Shown here: in pieces, positions 37,839 to 48,079 of the stretch
How the letters are laid out: each line of letters starts with the position of its first letter
How positions within the stretch are numbered: the first letter of the stretch is position 1
Origin: Patescibacteria group bacterium
GTDB lineage: Bacteria > Patescibacteriota > Patescibacteriia > WFTA01 > S139-112
Assembly (NCBI GenBank): GCA_015485695.1
Contig: WFTB01000027.1
Location: forward strand, 20,183-84,182
Reading direction: 5' to 3'
Length of the DNA stretch: 64,000 nt
Made by a program: the position numbers and the translations under genes
Notes under the pieces: model-generated
Told to the model about the DNA's origin: nothing
Database searches by the model: none
What the model saw: the letters and a program-made list of their open reading frames with translations, nothing else

Positions 37839-37886
37839 ATCTTTGTATGGCATATAGCGCCCTCCTTTATTTCCATATCGCATTTC

Positions 37887-38534
37887 ATGGTTTCCAAAAG
37901 AAAACAGGCAATTGAAGCACTTTCGCGTTTACGAAAAACGTACCCCGTTACCGGACCTTTCGTTGAGTGGTCGAATCCTCTAGAACTTGTCATTGCGACC
38001 GTTCTATCCGCGCAATGTACGGATAAACAAGTGAACAAAGTGACTCGGTCTTTGTTCCTAAAATACAAAACGGCGTCAGACTACGCTCAAGCGAATTTAA
38101 AAACGCTTGAGAAAGAAATTTACAGCACCGGTTTTTATAGAAGCAAGGCGAAATATCTGAAGCGTATAGGTGAAATACTTGTAGAAAAACACGATGGCAA
38201 AGTCCCCGACGACCTTGCCGACCTTCTCAAGCTTCCAGGAGTCTCGAATAAGACGGCGTATCTTGTTCTGGCGAAAGGATTCGGTAAACAAGTCGGCGTA
38301 TCGGTGGATACACATGTAAAGCGAATAGCGCCAAGACTTGGACTTGTCAAAGAAAACATCGGCGCGGATGCCATAAGCGACGAATTGGGTAAAATTTTCG
38401 ACCCGGAAGATTACCTTGACGTTAATGAGTATTTTATAACGCACGGCAGGGCGGTGTGCGTTCGCGTTCCGAAATGCGATAAATGCAATCTTAGAGATAT
38501 TTGCGAATACGGACGCTTGAAAAAGATTCGCTAA
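37887..38534 (+). CDS. nth: Endonuclease III (HhH-GPD DNA glycosylase with a 4Fe-4S cluster)
   Basis: HhH motif (LLKLPGVSNKTAYLVL), catalytic region, and C-terminal CxxxxxxCxxCxxxxxC. Confidence 0.85.
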   Translation: MVSKRKQAIEALSRLRKTYPVTGPFVEWSNPLELVIATVLSAQCTDKQVNKVTRSLFLKYKTASDYAQANLKTLEKEIYSTGFYRSKAKYLKRIGEILVEKHDGKVPDDLADLLKLPGVSNKTAYLVLAKGFGKQVGVSVDTHVKRIAPRLGLVKENIGADAISDELGKIFDPEDYLDVNEYFITHGRAVCVRVPKCDKCNLRDICEYGRLKKIR

Positions 38535-38663
38535 GAATAATTTTTTCTTTTTTGCGATTTATTTGTTATAATTTAAGCGCAACAGTTGACCGAATGAGGA
38601 TTGGCTGTATTTTATTGTTTTTATCAATCAAATCCTTCGAATGGAAGGTTAATCGTAAAACAC

Positions 38664-39017
38664 ATGAAAAAACTACAAGAAGTTTTCAATCGTATCGCAA
38701 AGTCGAAAAAAAGCAAAAAAGACATTATGGATCAATATCGCGACGCTCTGGATAACAATGCCGAGTACAATAAAATAAAAGAAAAGATAAAACGATTAAG
38801 AGATGAGAAAAAATCAATAGAAATGATGGTTCAGGCGCAAATGGGGAATGCTTGGACGGCGCTTGAGAATTTAAAGGAAGACATTCAGTCGGACACGGAG
38901 CTTTTGTCGGACATTGCGGTAACCCAGCTTATGGAAGGCGAATCATTGGAAGTTAAAGATGACAATGAAAACGAGTATGAACCGCAATTTACGGTTCGAT
39001 TCAAAAAAATACGATAA
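38664..39017 (+). CDS. Hypothetical protein
   Basis: Charged, coiled-coil-like. No domain recognized. Confidence 0.3.
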   Translation: MKKLQEVFNRIAKSKKSKKDIMDQYRDALDNNAEYNKIKEKIKRLRDEKKSIEMMVQAQMGNAWTALENLKEDIQSDTELLSDIAVTQLMEGESLEVKDDNENEYEPQFTVRFKKIR

Positions 39018-39150
39018 TAGTCGGGTGTTTTCACCAATGGTTTGTTTCGGTTGAATTTCGCACGCTTTACCCGATGGTCGTATTCCATAAGATTGCTTTT
39101 TCCCGAGTATTTAGTAGTATGTTTATATGTTGAACTATTTTTCTTAAATT

Positions 39151-39468
39151 ATGTCGGGTAAATGGATAAACAAACGAAGCAATAAGAATGCCAATTCTTT
39201 TCGTGGCAGAAGACCGAAGAAACAATCTCAAAAAAACAAGAAAAACTCCAAAAAACGCCCATCAGTAAGCTCTTTCAGACCCTATGTGGAAGACCCGGAG
39301 GAGGTTGCCGAATATACAAATCGAAACATAAATCTTGATCCGGATCCGGATAATCAGGAGGCTCGGATTGCGAAGTTGACAAAAGAAATGGAAATCTTGG
39401 AAAAAGATTTGGCGCCACTGACCGATCAAGAAAAAAGAGGAATTCGTGAAATTCTAAAAGAAGACTAA
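39151..39468 (+). CDS. Hypothetical protein with a highly basic N-terminus
   Basis: A K/R-rich first 40 aa and an acidic remainder. No domain recognized. Confidence 0.3.
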   Translation: MSGKWINKRSNKNANSFRGRRPKKQSQKNKKNSKKRPSVSSFRPYVEDPEEVAEYTNRNINLDPDPDNQEARIAKLTKEMEILEKDLAPLTDQEKRGIREILKED

Positions 39469-39480
39469 CGCCCGGCATCG

Positions 39481-40611
39481 ATGGCGAGAATAACACGCAA
39501 AAAAACATCGGTAAATGACACGGACCGACTTGTCCCGTTTTACACGGGTATATTGTTCGTCGTGGGGTCCGTGTTGCTCTTGTGGTCGTCTTATATCATA
39601 AGAGGTAATGTTGGCGATATCGTTCCAACGAATGTTTCAGGTGTTTATGAGTTTGCAAAAAAAGATGAGGGTTCGGAAAAATTACCGGATGTGATGAGGA
39701 TCAACGGAACCGCGATTCACGACGGCAGTTCTCTTGAATATCCGTTCGCGGTTGTTGTTGACAACAATTCTCAGGTTGATAAGCAATATGGATTGAGTGA
39801 CGCCGTTATAGTCTATGAAATGCTTGTCGAGGGAGGGTTTACACGTTATTTGGCAATATACCAAAACAGCGTTGTGGGGAAAATAGGGCCGGTTCGGTCC
39901 GCTCGTGATTACATGTTGCCATGGGTTCTTGAATATGACGCGGATTTTGTTCATTCCGGCGGGTCTCCCAAGGCCTTGTCTGAAATCCGATCCATGAATA
40001 TTAAAAACATAGAAGAAATAAGTTTTCTTGGGACACGTTTTTTTTGGAGAGACGAAGGTTTGAAAAGTCCGCACAATTTGTTTACCAGCGCTGAGTTTAT
40101 GACTCAAGCGAGGGATTACAGGGAATACCCGTCTTCGCCGGATACCGATATATTGTTTGGGAAATTTTCGGCGCAGATACGCGATATACGACTTGAAAAC
40201 ACGATAAGCGGAAGCGCCGATAGAATAAGCATAGATTGGGGTTATGTTACGAGTCCCGATGTTTCTTATGTTTACAATCCCGAGTATTCCACCTATGACA
40301 GGTATGTGAATGAAGAGAAGGATTTTGACTATGGCACAAATACGAGTATATCTCCGATGACGGTTGTCGTATTGCGCGTTCCGGAAGAGGTTGTGGTGGA
40401 TGACGAAGGTCGCATAAGAATCGATGTAACCGGAAAAGGTGAACTGTCTGTGTTCGCAAGAGGCATGCGTATAGACGGTTCTTGGGAAAAGCCCAAGCGA
40501 GATAGTCGAACTAAATATTTTGACAGCACTGGAAACGAAATAGTGTTTTATCCAGGTCAAATATGGGTTGAAGTCGTTCCCAGTGGAAAAGAGGTTGTTT
40601 CGGGCGTGTGA
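39481..40611 (+). CDS. DUF3048 (YerB-like) membrane-anchored protein
   Basis: AVVVDNNSQVDKQYGLSDAVIVYEMLVEGGFTRYLAIYQNS..GPVRSARDYM matches the DUF3048 N-domain pattern. N-terminal TM helix. Confidence 0.55.
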   Translation: MARITRKKTSVNDTDRLVPFYTGILFVVGSVLLLWSSYIIRGNVGDIVPTNVSGVYEFAKKDEGSEKLPDVMRINGTAIHDGSSLEYPFAVVVDNNSQVDKQYGLSDAVIVYEMLVEGGFTRYLAIYQNSVVGKIGPVRSARDYMLPWVLEYDADFVHSGGSPKALSEIRSMNIKNIEEISFLGTRFFWRDEGLKSPHNLFTSAEFMTQARDYREYPSSPDTDILFGKFSAQIRDIRLENTISGSADRISIDWGYVTSPDVSYVYNPEYSTYDRYVNEEKDFDYGTNTSISPMTVVVLRVPEEVVVDDEGRIRIDVTGKGELSVFARGMRIDGSWEKPKRDSRTKYFDSTGNEIVFYPGQIWVEVVPSGKEVVSGV

Positions 40612-40861
40612 TTTATCGGATTTTTATGGTTTTTTTCGATGTTTTGATAGGTTTTTGCTTAAAATCCGGTAATCGTCGAGAATCTGTTATTGACGGTTTT
40701 TGCGCAATTTACTACACTACACGGTGTAGTTGCGCGGTTTACGCAACACAATGAAATGATTGTATGTGGTTCGCTTATTGATGTGTTGGTTTGGTTTTCT
40801 ATCTAAAACGTAAACATGATTTTTAATTCGACTTTATCAGTAAGTTAATTAAGCAGTATTA

Positions 40862-42196
40862 ATGTGGTGGCGCAAGCTTTATGCTTCGCACTGCTATTTT
40901 TTTATGTCACCGGAACCCAATAACGACGAAAACGATAATAATAAAAACATAACACATTCCAAAAACGGCAAACTTATTTCAAGGTTTACTTTTGCTTTTT
41001 CTATGATTGTTATAATAACCGTGGCGGGATTCACCTTTGATTGGATGGATGTGGTTAAAGGAGAAAAAGATATATCCGAAAAAAACCTTGAACAAACGGA
41101 AATAGAGTCAAAAAAGAATACAAGTCCGGACATGACGGAATACACGATTGAACCCGGGGATACGTTTGACAGCATAATGGAGAAATTTGGCGTCAATCAA
41201 GCCGACAGGCTTTTGGTGTTTGAGGTCGCAAAAGAAATACACGATTTTAGCGAGTTGAGGTCCGGACAAGTCATTAGGCTGAATGTTCAAGATGGCATAG
41301 GGTTGACGAGACTTGAGTACGAATATGGAGATGAAGATATTCTTGTAATCGAAAGAGGCGATGAAGGATTTACCGCAATAAACGTACCAATTGAATATGA
41401 GGTTAAAATCGCAACCGCAAACGGAGAAATCAAATCCTCTCTGTTCGGAGCGGCCGCCGAACAAAATGTTCCAGACGGAGTTATTATGGAGATAACGGAC
41501 ATATTGGCTTGGCAAGTGGATTTTGTTTCGGATGTTCGCGTCGGGGATTCTTTCAAGATTGTATACGAAAAACGATATAGAGACGGAGAATATGTTGATT
41601 ATGGGCGCGTTTTGGGTGTCGTGTTTACCAATCAAAACGAAGATTCATGGGCCATATTTTATGAAAACGAAGATGGCGAGAAAGGATATTATGATTTGGA
41701 AGGAAACTCCGTTAAAAAGGCGTTCTTAAAGTCACCGCTTCAATACAAATATATAAGTTCGGGTTATACTAACAGTAGACTTCATCCGGTACTGAAAAAA
41801 TATTTACCACACAGGGCGATTGATTATGCTGCTAGAGCCGGTACGCCAATAGCGGCGGTCGGGAACGGGAGAGTCACATATGCGGGCAGAAAAGGCGGAG
41901 ATGGAATATTTATAGAGATAAAACATAATAACACCTATATAACAAGGTATTCGCACATGCAGAGCATTGCGAAGGGAATAAAAGTCGGAACAAAAGTGAA
42001 ACAAAATGACATAATAGGTTATGTGGGGTCAACCGGATATTCAACGGGACCGCATTTGCAATACGCAATGCTTAAAAACAATACACCCGTGAATCCGTTG
42101 GAGATTGATTTGCCGTCGGGAGACCCGATACCGGAGATTTACATGAATGATTTTTTGTCAGTCGTTGAGAAAATAAAGCGACAATTGAACGAATAG
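40862..42196 (+). CDS. M23-family peptidoglycan endopeptidase with an N-terminal LysM/OapA-like segment
   Basis: HxxxD (HRAIDYAA) and HxH (GPHLQYAM) M23 motifs. TIEPGDTFDSIMEKFGV is LysM-like. Confidence 0.75.
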   Translation: MWWRKLYASHCYFFMSPEPNNDENDNNKNITHSKNGKLISRFTFAFSMIVIITVAGFTFDWMDVVKGEKDISEKNLEQTEIESKKNTSPDMTEYTIEPGDTFDSIMEKFGVNQADRLLVFEVAKEIHDFSELRSGQVIRLNVQDGIGLTRLEYEYGDEDILVIERGDEGFTAINVPIEYEVKIATANGEIKSSLFGAAAEQNVPDGVIMEITDILAWQVDFVSDVRVGDSFKIVYEKRYRDGEYVDYGRVLGVVFTNQNEDSWAIFYENEDGEKGYYDLEGNSVKKAFLKSPLQYKYISSGYTNSRLHPVLKKYLPHRAIDYAARAGTPIAAVGNGRVTYAGRKGGDGIFIEIKHNNTYITRYSHMQSIAKGIKVGTKVKQNDIIGYVGSTGYSTGPHLQYAMLKNNTPVNPLEIDLPSGDPIPEIYMNDFLSVVEKIKRQLNE

Positions 42197-42224
42197 CGTT
42201 CGTGACGAAGAATTTGAATTTCCC

Positions 42225-43469
42225 ATGCAACCAATTAAAACACAAGCGACGTTTTTTTATCGCTCATGCGCGTTTTTGTTCGCGACTATTGTAATTTTTA
42301 TTCCAGCTTTTTCATTTGCAATTGGCGATGATTTTGGAATCAGTGAAATGCGTCAGAGCGTTGAATCCAAAAAAGAAAGAATAGAAAAATTGCAAGATAG
42401 AATAAGAGAACTTAAAAAGGGTATAACCAAAAAACAAACAGAGGCTGTCACATTATCCAATCAGTTGTCAATATTGTCCGATAGAATTAAGCAAGTCGAG
42501 GCTGAGATAGAACTTTCAAATGATAAGATAGACGAAACAAAAACCGAGATAGAATTGACAAAAATCGAGATAACAAAATTGGAAAAGAACATATCCGACA
42601 ACAAAGACCGGCTAAAAAGGTTTTTACGAAAACATTACAAAATGGAACAAAGAAGACCGTTTGATGTGTTTATAACGTCCAAGTCTTTGTCAGAATACTT
42701 CAACCAATTGATTGCAGTATCTGACATTGAAATGGAAATAAAAAAGTCCATCGATGCTTTGACTTTGAAAAGGAAGGACGTAAAAGTCAGACAAAAGATA
42801 CTTCTTGACAAACAAGCTTCTATATCGGAATTGAAAGAAAAACAAGAGGAGGATAAAATAAGATTGGAACAGCAAAGATCTGCGCGCGCTGTCGTTCTCG
42901 GAGAAGCAAGAAGCTCGGAAGAAAGATTCAAGCATCTGTTACAACAGGCGAAAGCGGAACAAAATAAAGTCAATACAGAAATACGAAACATAGAACAAAC
43001 CATACGAAAAAGATTGGAGAGTTTAGGTAGCGCAGGGTTGCAAAGACTGGGTCCGGTAACGAGTATGATTGACCCGGTAACGCCAAGGCGCATTACGACG
43101 TATTTTTATGATCCGCATTATCCGTTTAGGTATTTGTTTGAACATCCGGGTTTGGATTTGGCTGTTCCGCAAGGTTCTCCGGTAAGGGCTGCGGCGCCGG
43201 GGTTTGTCGCCAAAGTAAAAGATGGAGGATTGAAGAGTTATTCGTATGTTGTTCTGGTGCATTCGGGAGGAATATCGACCGTGTACATGCATGTATCGAA
43301 AATACTGGCGAAGGAAGGGCAATTTGTAAACCAAGGAGACATAATCGCTCTGTCCGGAGGAACGCCGGGAACACCCGGAGCCGGACGTTTGAGCACCGGA
43401 GCTCATATTCAATTTGAAGTTCGAGTAAACGGAAACCCTGTTGATCCGTTAAAATATTTAAGCAAATAA
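42225..43469 (+). CDS. M23-family peptidase with a long N-terminal coiled coil (EnvC-like)
   Basis: Extended coiled-coil, then HPGLDLAVPQGSPVRAAAPG...GAHIQFEV M23 motifs. Confidence 0.75.
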   Translation: MQPIKTQATFFYRSCAFLFATIVIFIPAFSFAIGDDFGISEMRQSVESKKERIEKLQDRIRELKKGITKKQTEAVTLSNQLSILSDRIKQVEAEIELSNDKIDETKTEIELTKIEITKLEKNISDNKDRLKRFLRKHYKMEQRRPFDVFITSKSLSEYFNQLIAVSDIEMEIKKSIDALTLKRKDVKVRQKILLDKQASISELKEKQEEDKIRLEQQRSARAVVLGEARSSEERFKHLLQQAKAEQNKVNTEIRNIEQTIRKRLESLGSAGLQRLGPVTSMIDPVTPRRITTYFYDPHYPFRYLFEHPGLDLAVPQGSPVRAAAPGFVAKVKDGGLKSYSYVVLVHSGGISTVYMHVSKILAKEGQFVNQGDIIALSGGTPGTPGAGRLSTGAHIQFEVRVNGNPVDPLKYLSK

Positions 43470-43490
43470 TACTTCGGATTTTTCCTGATT

Positions 43491-43799
43491 ATGAAAACAC
43501 GCAAGTCAAAAATTTCATTTTTTATACTTATTGTCATGTTAAGCTTGATGACATTCGGTACTGCATGGGAAAACACGGGAATTATTAACTCTCATGAAAA
43601 ATCAACGGAAATAGGTTGCATGGGCGCTCCTTGCGGTCCTGTTGAACATATGGTTTTGCATGCTTGCATAGTACCAGACAGCGAGTCTGCCGGAATCGGG
43701 ATTGAGCCTTGTTTCGACGGCGATTTGAGATTTTACTTGAACCTTCACGAAACATTTTTGCCCACCAAGTCTCCACCTCCGAAACTCTCTTATAATTGA
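43491..43799 (+). CDS. Hypothetical secreted Cys/His-containing small protein
   Basis: Signal-peptide-like N-terminus. CMGAPCGPVEHMVLHAC. First gene of the metal cluster. Confidence 0.3.
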   Translation: MKTRKSKISFFILIVMLSLMTFGTAWENTGIINSHEKSTEIGCMGAPCGPVEHMVLHACIVPDSESAGIGIEPCFDGDLRFYLNLHETFLPTKSPPPKLSYN

Positions 43800-43834
43800 T
43801 TGATTAGATTATTATTAAATTTAAGAGAGTTTCT

Positions 43835-44335
43835 ATGAATAAACAAATTATTCTCGTTATTGTTTTCGCCGTGATTATTATAGGTGGCGGTGTGGTTTTA
43901 TCGCAAAAAAAGATAGACACTCCCGAAGAAAATGCGAGTTACGGTGAAGAATCTCAAATAACTCCCAAAAAAGAAAAAGTGGTGATGTACAAATCTCCGA
44001 ATTGCGGATGTTGTGTCGGATACGCAAAGTTTTTACGCGATAAAGGCTTTGATGTCGAGGTCGTAATCTCCGATGATATGTCCGGTCTTAAAGACAAATA
44101 CGGAATATCCGGAAACATGAGAAGCTGTCACACGATTGCCATGGGGGATTATTTTGTCGAAGGGCACGTTCCGATGGAAGCGGTAAAAAAGATGCTTGAT
44201 GAAAAACCCGATATTGACGGAATAACTTTGCCCGGGATGCCTTCAGGGACTCCCGGAATGCCGGGTTCAAAGCGTGAGCCGTATATTATCTATCAAATAC
44301 TTAACGGCGAATCAAGTGAATATATGACAATATAA
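43835..44335 (+). CDS. DUF411-family metal-binding protein
   Basis: VMYKSPNCGCCVGYAKFLRDKGFDVEV...CHT matches the DUF411 pattern found in copper-resistance loci. Confidence 0.55.
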   Translation: MNKQIILVIVFAVIIIGGGVVLSQKKIDTPEENASYGEESQITPKKEKVVMYKSPNCGCCVGYAKFLRDKGFDVEVVISDDMSGLKDKYGISGNMRSCHTIAMGDYFVEGHVPMEAVKKMLDEKPDIDGITLPGMPSGTPGMPGSKREPYIIYQILNGESSEYMTI

Positions 44336-44346
44336 CAATAACAGAT

Positions 44347-44826
44347 ATGAACACTTTAGATAATAAGTACAAGAGACTAAAAGTTTTTTCGTTCGGTGTT
44401 ATAGTTTTATTGGTTGGTTTATTGTTGTTTGAGTCGATGAATTCGAACAACCTTAAAGTTCAAAATCCACAAAAAGAATTAAAACACGAAAACAATATAG
44501 CGATTATAGATGAACAAAAATCTTCCATTTCAACTCTTTTGGAGGACGGAAGATACAGGTGTTGCATGAAAGAGCCGTGTTCAAGATGTTTCGCTAAAAA
44601 GGAAAACCATGCCAAAGAAGGAGTATGTGATTGTTTGGATGACATCATGGAAGGCAAGCACCCGTGCGGAGAATGTTTGGGTGAAATCTTGGAAGGAGAG
44701 GGAAACCCTCTAATCGCAAAATATTTCGCGACTTCAATAGCCGAAAAACTTGGAGAGGAGCATTTGGGATCGATACGTCAAATCATATCCGAGCAATACG
44801 GAATATCCGAGTCGGAGCAATTATAA
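44347..44826 (+). CDS. Hypothetical Cys-rich protein (candidate metal-binding)
   Basis: Membrane-anchored. CCMKEPCSRC...CDC...CGEC cysteine cluster. Confidence 0.35.
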   Translation: MNTLDNKYKRLKVFSFGVIVLLVGLLLFESMNSNNLKVQNPQKELKHENNIAIIDEQKSSISTLLEDGRYRCCMKEPCSRCFAKKENHAKEGVCDCLDDIMEGKHPCGECLGEILEGEGNPLIAKYFATSIAEKLGEEHLGSIRQIISEQYGISESEQL

Positions 44827-44907
44827 GAACGAGCTTTCCTTGACATACTTTTTCATATTGATTGCTTTCATTTCAAAATACTTGTTTTAATTTAATATAA
44901 TATTCAT

Positions 44908-46851
44908 ATGTCAGACCACATTCAAGGGGGTTGTCAGAGTTGTTCGCACGAACCCGAAAGAAACGCCAAAAAAGAAAACTCAAAATACGATTGGAAAAAA
45001 ATCTTAACAGCCGTTTCGGGAGTGAGTTTTTTGATTGCGCTTTCGTTTTCTTGGTGGTTTGACATAGAACAAGGGGCTAGGATTTTATATTTGTTGTCAA
45101 TAGCTTCTGGAGGGTATTATGTTTTGTTGGGCGCCATAAGAGGGATTACGAAGCAAAAGTTTTTGAATATAGATTTTTTGGTTGTTATAGCCTCCATCGG
45201 CGCGATTTATATCGATCAGCTTGCTGAAGCTTCCGCTGTCGTATTCTTTTTTTCTTTGGCGGAAGCGTTTGAGCGTTTCGGAATAGAGAGATCGAGGCGA
45301 GCTTTGGAATCATTGGTGAAAAACTCTCCGCAAACGGCAATATTGGAAAATGGCGAAGAGGTGCATGTGGAATCCGTAAAAATCGGCGATATTGTGATAG
45401 TAAGACCTGGAGACCTTATACCTCTTGATGGAATCGTTATTAAGGGCTCGTCATCCGTTGATGAGGCAAACATAACGGGCGAATCCATACCGAAAGACAA
45501 ATACGAAAAAGACACCGTATTCGCGGGAACAATAAATCAGAACGGCTATCTGGAAATCAAGGTCACAAAAGAAAGCGGGGATTCGACATTCGCGAAAATA
45601 ATCGACTTGGTTGAGAAAGCTCAGTCGTCTCAAGCTCCGGCCCAGGAATTCATAGACAGATTCGCAAAGTATTACACTCCTTTGATAGTTATAACCTCGA
45701 TATTGATAACGGTTGTGCCTACGGTGTTTTTCGGAGAATCGTTTGAAGTGTGGTTGTACAGGGCTTTGGTTTTGCTGGTGATAGCTTGTCCTTGCGCTCT
45801 TGTCATATCGACACCGGTTTCAATAGCGTCCGCTGTCGGAGGAGCGTCAAAAAGAGGGGTGTTGGTTAAGGGTGGCATGTTCCTTGAAGCGCTCGGCAAG
45901 ATAAGGGCCGTCGCGTTTGACAAAACAAAAACTCTAACTGTCGGAGAACCTTATGTATCTGACATTATTACGTTTAACGGATATTCTGAAGAGGATGTTC
46001 TGGCGGACGCTGCGGGAATAGAAAAGTTTTCTTCGCACCCTTTGGCGAAGAGTATTTTGGATTTCGCTCAAAAAAGAGGAGTAACACCTCATGTAATGGA
46101 AAAATACCAAAACGTTGCGGGAAAAGGAGGAAAAGCGACGTGCCTTGTTTGCGAAGATGTTGAACATTGCGTGGGCAACATGAAACTAATAGAATCAAAA
46201 GGCGTTTCCACAAAAGAGGTTATCGAAAAAACCGAAGAACTGGAAAAACAAGGAAAAACGGTGGTCTTGGTGAGCGGTGACAGTAAAATAATGGGCGCGT
46301 TGGCAATATCCGACAGGATTCGTCCGGAGGCGCGAAAAACCATAGAAAAGATAGAGAGTATGGGTGTTGTAACCGCGATGCTTACCGGCGATAATCAACA
46401 TACTGCGAATTTTGTCGCTAAAGAATTAAATGTTGACAAGGTGTATGCGTCCCTTTTGCCTGATGAAAAAGTTGAAAAAATAGAAGAATTGAAAAAAGAA
46501 TTCAAAGAAGTCGCCATGGTTGGAGACGGAGTTAACGACGCCCCTTCTCTCGTTACATCCACCGTAGGAATAGCTATGGGGGCCGGAGGTTCGGACGTTG
46601 CCGTTGAGACGGCTGATGTTGCCCTTATGAACAATAATTTGGAAAACATTCCGTCTTTGATGTCTTTGGGTAGAAAAACAATACTCACGATAAGATGGAA
46701 TATAGTAGCCGCGCTTGGCGTGAAAGCCGTATTTTTGATATCTGCTTTGTTCGGAGTCACGCACCTTGAATTTGCCATAGGGGCTGATTCGGGAATGGCG
46801 ATTCTTGTTATATTGAACAGTTTGAGATTGTTCCGTTTTGACACGGCATAA
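44908..46851 (+). CDS. Heavy-metal translocating P1B-type ATPase
   Basis: TGES, CPC (IACPCALVIS), HP (SSHPLA) and GDGVNDAP motifs. The phosphorylation motif reads DKTKT instead of DKTGT. N-terminal CQSCSH metal-binding-like segment. Confidence 0.85.
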   Translation: MSDHIQGGCQSCSHEPERNAKKENSKYDWKKILTAVSGVSFLIALSFSWWFDIEQGARILYLLSIASGGYYVLLGAIRGITKQKFLNIDFLVVIASIGAIYIDQLAEASAVVFFFSLAEAFERFGIERSRRALESLVKNSPQTAILENGEEVHVESVKIGDIVIVRPGDLIPLDGIVIKGSSSVDEANITGESIPKDKYEKDTVFAGTINQNGYLEIKVTKESGDSTFAKIIDLVEKAQSSQAPAQEFIDRFAKYYTPLIVITSILITVVPTVFFGESFEVWLYRALVLLVIACPCALVISTPVSIASAVGGASKRGVLVKGGMFLEALGKIRAVAFDKTKTLTVGEPYVSDIITFNGYSEEDVLADAAGIEKFSSHPLAKSILDFAQKRGVTPHVMEKYQNVAGKGGKATCLVCEDVEHCVGNMKLIESKGVSTKEVIEKTEELEKQGKTVVLVSGDSKIMGALAISDRIRPEARKTIEKIESMGVVTAMLTGDNQHTANFVAKELNVDKVYASLLPDEKVEKIEELKKEFKEVAMVGDGVNDAPSLVTSTVGIAMGAGGSDVAVETADVALMNNNLENIPSLMSLGRKTILTIRWNIVAALGVKAVFLISALFGVTHLEFAIGADSGMAILVILNSLRLFRFDTA

Positions 46852-46880
46852 AATAGCGACTTTGAAAATTCAGGCTAACG

Positions 46881-46917
46881 CAAAACCCTCTCAAAATAGG
46901 AATTTGAGAGGGTTTTG
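46881..46917. terminator. Bidirectional terminator hairpin between the convergent ATPase and DsbA-like genes
   Basis: 15-bp stem caaaaccctctcaaa/tttgagagggttttg with a 7-nt loop. Confidence 0.7.
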
Positions 46918-46936
46918 ACGTTGTTCGGGAGCGTTT

Positions 46937-47710
46937 TTACAACAGAGGTTCTATTCTTGATTTTAATTGTTCAAATGACATCGCTCCGGAGGCTGGTATT
47001 ATTTTGTCTCCCGATATTATGACTGAATATGGCGTTCCTTTTGCTCCCGCGAATTGCGCGTTTTTCGCGTGAGAAGAAACTTTTTGAGCGTATTTTCCGG
47101 AAGATAAGCATTTTTCAAATTCTTTTTCATTTAACCCCAAATCCGATGCGACTTTTGTTAATTCACCGACTTCAACTTCGTTTTTGAACAAATAATCAAG
47201 GTATGTCCAAAACCCTTCATTGCCTTTTTGTTCACCGGCGCATTCCGTCGCCTCCGCTTTCTTTGGCGCATCAGGGTGCAATGAGATAAGAGGGAAATGT
47301 CTGTAAACCCAATTCACTTGACCGTCGTAGTAATCGACTATTTGTTTCATGGTCGGGTGAAATCTGGCGCAGAACGGACAATCTATGTCAGAGTATTCGA
47401 TAATTGAAACTTTGGCGTCCTTGTCTCCTCTTATCCAGTCCGATTTTAATACGGTTACCGATTCTTTTGCGTTTCCGTAGTTTATGTTGTCATCCGGCTT
47501 CGATTTTGACGGTTTTGTGACTTCGTATCTTGAATCCGAGTTTTTCGCAAGTTCGGAACCGTCATCCTTATTTAGCAGTATTCCCAACATGACGAAAAAA
47601 CCTATTGCGAACAATAAACCTAGCGCGCTACCGAACCCTATAAAAAACGTTGCCTTCTGAGAGAGTTTTGATGTTGTGCTTTCGTTTTTTTGCGAGTCGT
47701 TTTTTTTCAT
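46937..47710 (-). CDS. DsbA-like thioredoxin-fold thiol:disulfide oxidoreductase, membrane-anchored
   Basis: CxxC active site (DCPFCARFHP). N-terminal TM helix. Confidence 0.7.
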   Translation of the reverse strand: MKKNDSQKNESTTSKLSQKATFFIGFGSALGLLFAIGFFVMLGILLNKDDGSELAKNSDSRYEVTKPSKSKPDDNINYGNAKESVTVLKSDWIRGDKDAKVSIIEYSDIDCPFCARFHPTMKQIVDYYDGQVNWVYRHFPLISLHPDAPKKAEATECAGEQKGNEGFWTYLDYLFKNEVEVGELTKVASDLGLNEKEFEKCLSSGKYAQKVSSHAKNAQFAGAKGTPYSVIISGDKIIPASGAMSFEQLKSRIEPLL

Positions 47711-48079
47711 AAATTTTCGATTTTAAATTATTAAAATTTTTATACGAGTAAAGTATATCACGGAAAAACAAAATTTCAATACAAAATTTAAGTTTTTTGT
47801 CATATGAACAAGCGAAATTAATCATTGGGTTATGTATGCAAAGAAAATGAGCGTCACGAATTTGAATTTTGGTTCCGATTTTGAGATTATCGTAATTCCG
47901 TTATTTGCAATAATCTCTTTACGTCGATATAATTCGTGATAGATTATCAACATATTCGCTTTTGCGCTTCTTACGCATATTGATTCGGTAATCTGAATTT
48001 TCTCTCAAAACATGTTTAAGATTGAATTCGGTCTTTGACATGGTTTGAGTTTTGGTAATTTCGTTTAAAGATTATATAA

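Noticed and set aside
39682-40560. 292-aa antisense ORF opposite the DUF3048 gene
   Set aside because: The plus-strand product has a clear DUF3048/YerB-like match, while the minus-strand ORF is low-complexity with no motif. The same reasoning applies to other long antisense ORFs (1158..1613, 5631..6026, 18729..19256, 41108..41635, 57950..58489).
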